From Takakia lepidozioides (lineage: Eukaryota > Plantae > Bryophyta): 64,000 nucleotides of DNA. Position 1 is the first letter of the stretch. Each line of letters opens with the position of its first letter. The stretch covers positions 62,310,001 through 62,374,000 of the forward strand of contig CM060734.1 of NCBI GenBank assembly GCA_030704615.1. Direction: 5' to 3'. The notes below the pieces were generated by a model that was not told the origin of the DNA, did not search any database, and was given only the letters and a program-made list of their open reading frames with translations. Of the stretch, positions 46,748 through 58,720 are shown piece by piece. A program made the translations under genes and the position numbers.

Positions 46748-49700
46748 GAGGGGGCAACTCGCGTTGGACTCTCAAGTAGGTAATTTTGGACACAGGAAGC
46801 TTTCCGTGATCCGTAGGAAACAATGCTGCTGTTAGCTCACAAGAGTTTTGTGGGAGCTTGATAGGCTGAGGCCGCAGCATAGAATTGAACCATACTCCAG
46901 AATTTTCAATCAATTCTGGTGGACACAAATAGCAATTTAGTGAAGCATAGCAAGGCAGACCAGAACAGAGCAACAAAAAGCAAGGAAATGCACAATGGTG
47001 GTAATTATCATATTAATGAAGTAGTTAATTAACATATAAGACACATAAGATTCGTGATGGTTCATCTGAAATAACAACCAAAGGAGCCTCCTCATCATCA
47101 AACTTTATAACATAAAAAAAGACAAGCTCAGACTGCCCTAGGCAACGCGATCTCACACTCTAACCATCATCCCATGTTGTTGAGTTGCATCTATCATGTA
47201 GTGCACAACCAGAATTCCACATATAAATAACAAACAACCGTGTCTTTCAAAGGACCCTCCTGCGCTGGAAAGCTGGCTGTCATGGTTGACATACCGATAC
47301 TACCAATTGGGAGCATATGTTCGCAATGTAAGTGTTCGCTTTCTCCATACACTGTGCAACTCGTTACTCTAACTAATCATTGTCCAGACAAACTCCAGAA
47401 ACAAAACCTAAGTATCAAGAACTCCACAAATACTCGATGCAACAAATAAAGACAACCCTAGGCACTCATGAGAAATGAGGGTTTGAACGATACTACTCAT
47501 ATTTGCAGCCACGCATCAAACAAACCCTAGCTATGAAAAGAATCAAGAAAAGATCCCAGCATCAGCAACCTAGGTGCCAAGAATCTACACAACCTCTGAA
47601 TTACACCAAACAGGACGTTGGGGATTTAGGGGACCCTGCGGGAGTAAACATAACCTACGGGACAAACAGCTCCAGTAAGTACAAGAAGACATACCCTACA
47701 ACCCTTGCTACGAAAGCCTTGCAAAAATTTATGGAGAGAAGGCAAGTGGAGCTTCTGCCTGCCTTCACAAAGTTTGCAAAGCTTTCAATAACCTTGAAAC
47801 GATCTGGTGACAACAAACCCTAAGTACTTAAACCTCACTATCAGCAAACTCAGGCCGCAGAGCCCTAAGAAACTCAGACCGCCACAGGAAAACCTAAATT
47901 ATCCCGTTGACAAAATCCCGATGACAGGGAGAAGGGTTTACCACTGCCTTTACTTGTGTCTGTTGTTGAAGGAGCATCAACCTGCTTAAAGGTATAGTCT
48001 CATGGGTCCAAGGAATCGCTCCCAAGCAGCAGAACTCCCTCTTGATCAAACAAATCCCCATTACGCCGTAGAGCATTCAAAACATCCGCAGCTGTCTTAG
48101 GAGCACGGAGCTTGGCGATCTCAGAGCCGCCTTCTTGAATGAAAATGAGATCCCGCCTTGTGCCCATGAGTTGCTATCAGACTAGCACTGCAGCGGGAAG
48201 GAACTCCGTGAACACAAGGTGTAAAGAAAGAAAGACGGGCACAGATCGAGCGCTCAGGAGGGGAGAAATTCGCGTGAGGACCTAGAGTGTTTTTTTCCGC
48301 TCATGCTCATGCCGCTCATGAAATAGCAGCCCCCGGTGTATCCGCCATATCTGGAGCTGTATCTTGCAGGCTGACCACCCTTGATAGTATTTTATTAAGA
48401 TACACGATGGGAGAAGACCTGAATAGACAGCCGGCAATGTTAACAGCTTTTTCCCCAAGTCATCTGCCACACAAGAAGTACTCTACCATAACTACCCCAG
48501 GGCCAGAGGGACCATGAGCTCCCAAGGCACAGTTGGTACTAGCTCTAACTGAACGAAGGCAGTATCAAGATCCAAAAACTCAACGAAAACAACTAGGAGA
48601 CCTTCCACTAGGAGACCTTCCTCCTTTCAAGAACCAAATAAATTAGTTTCAAACACATCAACAAGGTCGAAGCACTTACGTGTAAGTAGAGGTTTAGCCT
48701 TATTGCAACTCCTGTCGCTCAATTCATCCGCCAATCCGCTCCTGTCTCAATCGAAACGCTCTGCACTAGTGTTCCTGCACCAGGTGCTGCACATTAATAT
48801 TCTCTGATTAACAGAGTTGCAATGTCCTCTCAATGTCTCCATCGTTCCAAAACTTCGCCACTCTTATATGGGTGCGCATGCAAGGATGGAGTTATCTTGA
48901 TATGGTGCAAAAAATCCTTCACAGCCAATGCAGATAATACTGCTCGTTCATTGCAAATGAAATTAGCTAGCTAATGAGAAGCAACGGTCTGTGAAAAGAT
49001 AAATTAACCTACTCTAGCTTCATTGTTCTCTGAATAAGGTAGTCAAGACTATGCGGATTATCTATCTCATAGAAAACGGAAGAGAGGAAGATTTTTCTCT
49101 GGTACCGGAGTCCGCAAAACTCCTTCAAATGTCGAAAGTCTCCTCTCCCTCTCTGCTACAGTCGCGATTGAGCGGGCTCACAAAATACATTGAGGTGAAG
49201 TAATTCGTTGTGCAGATCAATGCTATCAATCGGAGTAATGGATGGACAAACCAGGCTCAGTTCCTGAAAGAAGCTAATATCAAGCCACAGCAAGAGCGGT
49301 ATATCAGTACAGGCTAGCCGAGCTTTTGACAACATTCCATCTCCTCCAAACAGGCTCAGAATTGTGTAAGCAATTAGAATGCAAGCAACAGAGGTACACA
49401 GGCTCAAAGATTACGAGACACAGTAGAGCGAGAGAGAGAGAGAGCGAGAGAGATAGAACGAGGAAACAATGAAAAATGAAGTGCACTGGGGGATTGTATG
49501 TGCCCCCCAAAACCTAAATTAAAACAGCATGTCATGACCGTCCGATCTTACCCGAATCCGATCGAATGGCCAAAATCTTACATTGAAACTTCATCCAAAT
49601 CTCATTCATCTGTTGACGTTTCCGTCCAGAAGTTTCAGTCCATCCCTCGCTTTTTCGTTCAATTTGACATTAACTCATAACGTATGCCATTCAACATTTT

Positions 49701-50269
49701 GCATATATAAATTTGGCTTACACTAGACATGGAGTTAAATGCGCGAGACCGTGGGCCCTCCTTGCCTGAGCCCTGCGCCCGTGCGCTGCCGGAGCCCGCC
49801 TGTCAAATCCCCACCCCCCGGTCAAAACCAGTGTTGTGCGGGTAGTGCATTTTCCCCTTCGACCAATTTTGAAATAAATCGATTCTAATGAATTTTAATT
49901 CAATAATTGGTCTTGGAATGTCTGTAATCGCCAGTTTCGGCCATGCAATGATTTTGTTTCTAGGTCAATTTTGTTCTCTGCATTCAACCTTCACACCTGT
50001 GTCCGTGCCAAAATTCGGACAAAAAATAAATAAAAATAAAAATCACTTCACTCACTATTCTAGAACTCTCTATGAAGAGTGATGGAAGTTGAAGACTTTG
50101 GAGGGCAAACGGGTGGCGGAAATTGTTGTTGTGCGTCGACTCCAAATTTTGCACGCACGTTGCATATGGTCTCCCTGCGCCAGTGCTTTGAGAATCGGAC
50201 CGAAAAAAATCACAAGCGGACGAAACACGGCCCAACAAACCCCGTAGTCCCAGGGGATGGAAAGCAATG

Positions 50270-50585
50270 CATTCGATGGGGAAATGGATGGTTGCCCATG
50301 CGAATGATTTTTGTTTGCTTTCAAACTTTGCCAGTGTGTTTGGTGCCCTGTCTTGCACGTCCCGGACGACCACGCCATCAATCCAAATTTGTTCCATGGC
50401 CCAACGGATGGTTGCCCGTCCACATGACTTCCGTTTGCTCTCAAACTTTGCCAGTATGTTCGACATGCCATAAGAAGCGTCCCAGTGTGATATCACATGA
50501 GACGAAATTCGTTCGACGGGCCAACGGATGGATAGCTATCGGACTAATACGGGGACAATTCAAATTCATTCAATGGGCCAACGTT
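50270..50585. repeat. Degenerate ~120-bp tandem repeats (GGATGGTTGCCC...CAAACTTTGCCAGT)
   Basis: Copies near 50285, 50405 and 50520. Confidence 0.7.
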
Positions 50586-50629
50586 AATGTATTCGTTCAC
50601 TCGTTTCTCATCTGGCATCCACATGTATT

Positions 50630-52330
50630 TTGTTGCTCTTTACTAGGAAGACTCCCTCCCAAGTGGAATGCAGGGTCACCAACACTGCTATCCGCAACTT
50701 TAGCAAGAGGGTTCTCTCCTATGCGGAGCGAAAACTCCTGGGCTTTGGTCTCAATTACATTCCTCGTCCTCTTCCCCCCTTCCCGATCTTCAATCATCAC
50801 CGAATTCAACAATTTTGCTCGAAGCTTGAGGTTGCGAATGTTCTTCTCCGGCAAAGACAACGATGAGGTTCCTCTTTGGCGCGTTCCGAATCCATCATTC
50901 AATCCGTCAGTGGAATCTCAACCGCTCGAGGCCATCATTCGAGAAGGTAATGATCTTTTGTCTAGCCGTTTGGATCAAATCGCCCGCAATGCACGACCTT
51001 GTCTGCCGAGACACTTGAGACTTGCTCTCAAAAGATTGAGGTCGGATCCGGACCTTGTCATCAAACCGGCCAACAAAAATCTTGGTCTTTTGCTTATGGA
51101 TAAGTCTTGGTACATGAAAGAGGCGATGCGGCAACTCTCAGACACCGAAGTTTATCGTCCCGTGGATTCCGTACCGTGGGAAGAACTTTGGTCGAGGTTG
51201 GAAGTGTTAGCTTGCCATCCAATCTACAAGTTTGCGATCTCCACCAAAGAATGGAATTACATCTGCCAACGCCTTCGGTCGTCCATGGACTTTCGAGCGT
51301 GTGCTTTGTACTTCATTCCGAAGGTGCACATGTTTGTTGGAAGACCCATTTGTTCCTACAACAACTACATCTTCGAGCATGCCTCAATTTGGCTCCATTA
51401 CCAACTCCTTTCGGTACTTCTCAAGGAACCCACTCATTTGGTTGATTCTCTCACGCTTCTTCGAGAGGTTTCCCAACTCGAGGTCCCCTCGCATGCTCTT
51501 CTTTTTACATTTGACGTGGAATCTCTGTATCCCAGCATCTTCACCGAGCTCCGCTTGTATGAGCTCGAATGTGCTATTGGAGGTAATTTCACCAAACACA
51601 AAAAAGACCTGATCATGACCCTCGCTGGATTAATCTTGAAACACCATTACCTTGAGTTCAATGGTAGTTTTTGACACCAAATTCGCGGGACGGCGATGGG
51701 GAGCAACTTTACAGTTGTTTATGCTTGTTTGTTCTTTTGTCGGTTGGAGATGTACATGGAGTACGTGTGCCCATCGGAGCAAGAGCTGCTTTATCTTAAG
51801 CGCTATATCGACGACAGCTTTGGCATCTGGGTAGGCTCCAAAAAGAGCCTCCGGTCCTGGTTACGGAACTACGGTTCCATGTTTGATGGCATCAAAATCA
51901 TGACCGCCATAAGCGCGACGTCCGCCGACATCTTGGATATCACCTTCTTCAAAGAAGACGACTTCATCCAAACTCGATGGCTCTCTAGTAGATGTCATCA
52001 AAAAGCCCAGAACAAGTATCAATACTTGCCTTGGTCCTTGTGGCATCCACATCACCAAAAGAAAGCTTTCGTCATCGGCGAGCTCCAACGGTACGTCATA
52101 CGAGAAAGCACCATCCAAGGGTTCAACCATTTGTGACTTTTGTATTACAAACGTCTTCAAGCCCGAGGTTATCCGGCGGCGTTCATCCGGAGTTGCTTCA
52201 CCAAGATCTCCTACGACCTCAGATCCGCTCTACTCGACCAACAGACGCAACGCGAAGTTGAGGGTAAACGGGCCCCCCTTGCTCTTAAGCTCGACTACTC
52301 TTCGTATACTCGAGCTTTAAATATAGCCCA
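50630..52330 (+). mobile_element. Penelope-like retroelement reverse transcriptase, decayed; no endonuclease visible
   Basis: LLGFGLNYIP; LVIKPANKNLG; LYFIPKVH..GRPICS; FDVESLYPSI; QIRGTAMGS; KRYIDDSFGIW; LDI; YQYLPWSLWHPHHQKKAFVIGELQRY; RLQARGYP. Confidence 0.88.
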
Positions 52331-52339
52331 TAGGAATTA

Positions 52340-52920
52340 CCAGGAATAAATATCAGAAGTTATGAAGTAATCATGTTATCAAAAGTTACCATGATTTACC
52401 GTGATTTATCATGATCTACCATGATTTATCATTAGTTACCAAGTTACCGGGAGTCTATCAAATTACTGAGAGAACTTGCTCAAGAAGCTTCATTTGGAGG
52501 AAACTTCTCCATCAATATACCTCTTTTGTTTGAGGAAACTTATCAATCAAGAAACCTTTGTTTAACCTTAGAAACTTCTCCATCAAGAAACCTTTGTTTA
52601 ACCTTGGAAACTTCTCCATCAAGAAACCTCCATTGGGGAAGCTTCTTAGGAAACTTCCTAGTAGCCAGTATATATAGGAGGCGAGACTGAACACTCTTAA
52701 GTCTCACCAACACAAGTTCAAGCTACTCTTGTTTCCAGTCCTAGTAGTCCAGTCCAGCTTCCAATACTCTAGTCCAGTTTCCAGCATTCCAGTAATCAAG
52801 TCGAGTTCCAGTATCTTGTACTCTTGTCCATTATTATAAAGATCATCTTGATTCATGTATATCCATCATGCATTCGGCCACGCCGACCTTAACTTCTTGT
52901 CCAGTCTTGTATCTCTAGTT
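52340..52920 (+). repeat. LTR-like or terminal-repeat-like segment with short tandem repeats and TATATATAGG
   Basis: CATGATTTA and GAAACTTCTCCATCAAG repeats, TATA at ~52670, CCAGT-rich leader; single copy. Confidence 0.35.
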
Positions 52921-53395
52921 TGATCCCTTGTTTGTGTTCAGTCATGTTCTCGTCCTCGATAGCAGCTATTTACTATGACTTACAAATTGAAGCAACGAAG
53001 GCCTGGAAAAAGCTATGTGCTATGTTGAGAGAAAACCACGAATCGCAGGGCAACTACATTCTGCCTTCGCCAACACCTGGGCACATCAAGGAATCATCTG
53101 TTGCAGCTATTTCCAATATCACTGTGAATGTAACAAAAATCCTTCGTCCTGCTGGAGCAACATCGGTGCAACACTCCATCACTTCGCCGGAATTCGATAG
53201 GGACATCAACTGGAAACACGTCAAGTAGGGTTTTGGTATTGTTGTCAAGTTTTTGATGTTTTCTGTCGCTCTCAATTGGTATGCGCGTGTTTGCTGCTTT
53301 TGCGCGTGTCCTCTGGTGCGGTACTGTTCCTGTAGATCGTTGTGCGTCATGAGCGGATCTTCGGAGTTGCGCTATTGTCATAGCTTCGGAATAGC

Positions 53396-54863
53396 TTGCA
53401 AACCCCTCCGGATGGTCCCTTCAACCACAGAAACCTTGTATGGACTTCCGCAATTTCAAGTGGAGGCCATGGGCATCGCGTGAATACAGATGTAGCTAAC
53501 ATTCCTTGGACAAGGATCCAAGATTTTGTCGCAGGGGAGGAAGAAAAGCTAGAGGCACCCACTCATTTGAACAAAACTGTTCCTTAAAAGAAAAAACATG
53601 AGGATGACGACCTACTGGCCACTCCAAGGGCCAATAGTTGCTCCAAGGGCCAACAATTGCTCCCTGGTCATAAAGTCCGTGTTCTCCTTTGCGGTTTCTT
53701 TGCATTCTCTGCTATTGTGTTTTGTGAAAATGCTATGCTCTGTTGCTCCCAGTATTCCAGACCACCGACTTAGACGTTCTTACAATTGTTCAAGTTCCAT
53801 TGCTCTTACATGGGCCTGAGGACAAGCGCACAAATGACATACCTATAAGCATTCTTTGAAGAGAAGAAACGGACGAAGAGGGTGTGTGCTGGATCCTTCA
53901 TGCCCTCTTACAACAACCATAAGGGGCCGAGACGGAAGAAGGTCATTCAGGGAGAGGATCAAGAGGGGTTGTCTCTGTCAGTTTAGGATAGGTCGTGTTA
54001 TCTGGATCTTTCTCTTGCTGTCATTATATACTACAACAAGAATCATGTGGACATATCTAACAAGGTGTGCCATGGCCACTTGACCTGGATTCAACTAATA
54101 CCCATTTTCCACACGCACCTCATCTTAGGGATGAGGTAAAAATGTGGATAATGGATAGCATACATGCTGGTCTGTCGCCTGCTGAAATAATGTCTCAACA
54201 TGAGCAACAAGTATTTGAGAGCAAGCTAAATGGAGAGAAGTGGACCATGGTGTCGTGAAGAGGCGATTGTCCCAAACCCGAGAGAGAGGAGGGATGGACG
54301 TCGGCGGGATTGGCTGGTGCACATCCTTGTGCAGGCAGCCTCTTGACCCATTACTGGTACATTTCTAACCTCAAAGTTGAAGGCTTCATTTCGTAACACC
54401 CGAATGGAACACTTCATGCAAAATTATGTTTGGTTGGTTGGACAGCGAAGGGGTGTCTGGCCAATCTTTCGGATAACGACATTACCGGTGAGCCCATGAG
54501 TCCGAATGATCCCCTACTTGATTCTTGTGCCCCCAGCTTGCCGGATGTCCATGTCATTGGGGATGAGCAACCCATCCATGAATCACATGATGTTTAATCA
54601 AGAGCATTGCTGATGAGATGAAAGCGTTGGAAGTGTGTGTTGCAGGTAACACAGCCCTTCAGAACCATCTGTTGAGTGAACTTTGCATGACGAGGGGAAA
54701 ACTACAGCAATTGACTACGAGGATGGCAGCCGAACTTGTGCACCAACACGTTCTAAAATGGTTTCAGCGTCTTCATGATGGATCAGGAATGAGTTTGAAG
54801 AGGAAGAAGGACTGGGTCGAACTGGCTATGTCTGGGAAATCACGTGCGGCGTATTGGATGTAA
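53396..54863 (+). pseudogene. MULE-related SWIM-zinc-finger-family transposase remnant (At1g60560/At4g13970-like), copy 1
   Basis: PPDGPFNHRNLVW...IPWTRIQDFVAGE; IKRGCLCQF; APHLRDEVKMWIMDSIHAGLSPAEIMSQH; RRRDWLVHIL. Confidence 0.75.
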
Positions 54864-55264
54864 GAGAGTCACTGCAATTCCGCCATCCTCCTGTATTTTG
54901 CGCACCCTTCGTAAATGGGGCGTCCGCGAAAGAAGCCAAAAACTACTAGCCCTTATGCCCTCTTGCTCCCATTGGTACTTGTGGCTATAAATTCGATTAT
55001 ATGTTTTAGATTAGTTAGAGTGTTTCAGCTACTCAGACTATTTCAGACTATTTGTTCGTTTTTGTTTCAGACTACTATTAATTTTTGCTGTTTGCGAAGT
55101 TATGTTTCAAACTGTTTCAGACTATTTAACCTTATCAAACTATTCATCTTTCAATTCTGTTATGGAACAACAGTGTTCAATGGTACACAACATGGAAGAG
55201 AGAATGCAATAGTAAGCTTTGTTGTTATGTTCTAATTTCCTATCTTGGACGACCTGCAAAAGCC

Positions 55265-55660
55265 GATCCCCCCTCCATGCATTTCACCTCATTCCCAATC
55301 CCCTTCTCTGATCCCGGGCCTTATTCCAAATTGTGGACACCGATCCCTCATGTTCCCCTTGCAGATATTTCTAAACATGATCCCCTGATCCCCATGATCC
55401 CTTGGTCGCCTTATCCTAGATACTCCCTTGATCCCCTGATCCCCCTGAAGTTTGCAAACATTGTTCCCCCCTACAGATATTTCAAAACATGATCCTCTGA
55501 TCCCCTTATTGCCTTGATCCCCTGATCCCATGCTCCCACAGATCCTGCTTTGCTCCCCGTTATCCCCCTGATCCCCTTCCCATTCACTGCTCCCCCTAAT
55601 CCCCCGATCCCCTGTCATGTACTGAGACCCCCGCTACCCCTGATCATGCACTGCTCCCCC
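55265..55660. repeat. GATCCCC-rich subterminal-type repeats
   Basis: Same motif as the arms at 56200-56705 and, inverted, 58720-59100. Confidence 0.75.
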
Positions 55661-56989
55661 ATGGTGACTTGCCAAAAACAATAATAGCATATCCGTTATC
55701 AAAATGTCAATGTTTTGTGATTTGAATATGAAAAATATTCATACAAATAGAAATATGGCAAATAAAATCAATAAATCATTGTTGAATTGAAATGAAATAG
55801 TCATGAAATTCTTATAGTTTAATCATCATTAAGACATACAATATGTACAACTAAGAGTGAACCATCTTCTTCAACTAAGAGTGAAACTTATATGAAAGCC
55901 ATAACACCGAAACTTAGTACATGTAGCAACTATCTAATTATATACACATGAACTTATATATATATATATATATAACTCCCATTGGTTGATCTATAAATTG
56001 TAGGTGTGCTGGGCCAGCCTTATAGGTGGCTCCTGGGCCTTTTCTATTACTACCACTAAGCAACTATTATTGGCCAACAAATCAAATTTAGATTTTGAGC
56101 AACTAAAATCATGCACTCAACCACTCAACCCCATAACTTGAGTTTAAAAAAATAAAATAAAAATTGTTCAAGTTTATACTTAATAAAATAGGTTTTTAAG
56201 CTGCCGTCCCTCTCATGCCCACGTGGCACCCATCGCCACATTCCCCACGACCCTGTGATCTAGTGACCCCGGTCCCGCTGATCCCCTTGTGTGACTAATC
56301 CCCCAGATCCGAGGGATCTACACCGTCCCCCTCATGCCCACGTGGCACCCATTTGCGATGATCCCCTGCGACCCTCGTGTCCCTGATCCCCCGACGCTCA
56401 CTGATCCGCCGACCAATCCTTGTTGTCGCTAACTGCTCCCCCATGGGCCATAGCCCATCGATCCTTGCCGTCCCCTTGATACCCACGTGGCAGACCCCGC
56501 GACGATCCCCTCGTCCTGGTGTCCCTGTGTCCCCCGCTCACGCTAGATCCCCTTCTCCGATCGATCCCCCAGCCCCGGGGATCTCCGCCTTCCCCCTCAT
56601 ACCCACGTGTCACCCCCTGCCAGGATCCACCAACCCTGTCCCCAGCCCCCGCAGTCTGACTATTTTCCCGCAACCTGCTGCTGATCCCCTGCCTGTTTGA
56701 TCCCCTCTTTATTGGCTGTCCACTACAAGCATTCATCCAACGGTCATAGAAGACTCCCGCTTGTTGGGTCTCCGAGATGGACGGAGGGGATTGATCCCAA
56801 TGTAGGGTTTTGGTACTGTTGTCAAGTTTCCGCGTGTTTCCTATTGTTCTCAGGTCTGCGCGTGTTTTGCTGCTCTTGCGTGTGTCCTCTGGTGTTGTAT
56901 TGTTCTTGCAGGTCGTCGTGCGTCATGAGCGGATCTTCAGAGTTGTGCACGTCATTCCTATTGTCACAGTTTCGGAACAACTTGTAAAC

Positions 56990-57570
56990 CCCCCCTCGGA
57001 TGGTCCCTTCAACCACAGGAACCTTGTATGGACTCCCGTCATTTCAAGTGGAGGTGGACATCGCGTGAATACAGATGTAGCGGTCATTCCTTGGACAAGG
57101 ATCTAGGATTTTGTTTGGAAGGATCTAGGATTTTGTTGCAGGGGAGGAAGAAAGGCCAAAGGCACCCACTTGCTCCCTTCTCATAGAGTCCTTGTTCTCC
57201 TTTGCGGTTTCTTTATGTTTTTTGCTATTCTGTTTTGTGAAAATGCTATGCTCTGTTGCTCCCAGTATTCCAGATCACCGACTTAGACGTTCTTACAATG
57301 TTCAGGTTCCATTGTTCTTATGGACCTGAGGACAAGCGCACGGATGTCATACCTGTCAATAAGCATTCTTTGAAGAGAAGAAATGGACGAAGAGGGTGTG
57401 CTGGATCCTTCATCGCCTTCTTACAATAACCATAAGGGGCCAAGATGGAAGAAGGTCATTCAGGGAGAGTCCATCAAGAGGGGTTGTTTCTGTCATATTA
57501 GGATAGGACGATGTTATCTGGATTCTTCTCTTGCTGTTATTACATACTACAACAAGAATCATGTTGACAT
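56990..57570 (+). pseudogene. MULE-related transposase N-terminal fragment, copy 2
   Basis: Homologous to 53400-54050; ESIKRGCFCHIRIGRCYLDSSLAVITYYNKNHVD. Confidence 0.75.
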
Positions 57571-57647
57571 TGGTATGTCATTGATTCGACAAAACCCCCC
57601 TGTTTCCTTTTGCCTTTGCTTATGGAGTTTACTATACGCAACAACAC

Positions 57648-58010
57648 TTGGTTCATACTCATCTGATGGTGTGCAAGGGTCACTGGAGTTTGATGGTCTT
57701 TGATAAAAACAAGTTTGTGCATCTCAACTCTCTTCCCAGCTTGTGTTCTCACAAGTGGGATGTGTTTGAGATGCCTCTGCGAATTTTCAGAGCATTCTTA
57801 TACAAAGCTGAGCCCAACTCAGCTTTGTGGAAGAAAATTATGGACTGGGAGTGGCTTACACCTGACGTTCCTATGCATGCAGGGGGGTGGGAGTGTGGGT
57901 ATTTTGTGATGACATACGTAGAGAAGTATGTGGAAGAAGTCGGGCAAAAGCCCTCACAAAGGATTGGTTTACATGGGATTATGCTGTTTCAAAATAGGAT
58001 TTTCTTGTAG
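57648..58010 (+). pseudogene. Ulp1/Peptidase C48 (SUMO protease-like) catalytic fragment
   Basis: GHWSLMVFD...HLNSL...DVPMHAGGWECGYFVMTY matches the H-D-Q-C pattern, with D-to-N and Q-to-H changes. Confidence 0.8.
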
Positions 58011-58279
58011 GATGGATGTTGGATCATTGGGAGGAAGCACACTTTGACCGTAAGCTGTCAGGTGTCCATCCTGGAGAAGCCCAAGATATGCGGGTGGTAT
58101 CTCCATTCCCATAAAAAAAAAAACCAAAAACTTAGCACGACTGACATGCAGAATAGGATAGAATAGCAAACATGTACACTTTCCATAGCAGATGTAATTT
58201 GCCCATTATGGGAATGCAAATGGGTTGCCCCCTGACCTCTCTCTTTTATACCACTGTGAATTGTTATCATACATCTAGT

Positions 58280-58720
58280 TTTCAAAGTTCCAAAGGGGGG
58301 GTCTGTGTTTTCAAAGTTCTACAAGGGGATGAGTGTTTCCAAACCTCATTAGGGGGATCAATGTTTTTAAAGTTTTGCTGGGGAGGACAGTGTCTGCAAA
58401 ATTCATATGGGGGATTGGTGTTGTCAAAGTTGTGTGGGGGGGTCAGTGTTTACAAACTTCATTAAGGGATCACTGCTTACAAATTTTACTAGGGGGATTA
58501 GTGTTTTGATGGAGGAGGGATTGGCTCGTTCAATGCCCAGACCATTCAATGCTCGGACTTGATTCGCTCAAGGCCTAGACTTGAGTCGTTTCGTGCCCGG
58601 ACTTGATCTGCTCAAGGCCGTTCAGTGCCTGGACTTGAGTCGTTGAAGGCTGTTGAGTGCCCAGCCTTGATCCGCTCAAGGCCCAGACTTGAGTTGTTCA
58701 GTGCCCGGACTTGAGCCGTT
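58280..58720. repeat. Two degenerate minisatellites (~40-bp CAAAGTT..GGGGG..GTGTTT; ~22-bp GCCCGGACTTGA)
   Basis: Direct reading. Confidence 0.7.

Noticed and set aside
50079-50630. N-terminal part of the 531-aa ORF as real protein
   Set aside because: It translates tandem repeats; the true PLE frame enters via ORF 50630-50866 and a frameshift.
54609-54627. Hammerhead-like CTGATGA..GAAA near the PLE
   Set aside because: Only 3 nt lie between the core motifs, so stem II cannot form, and it lies inside the MULE remnant.
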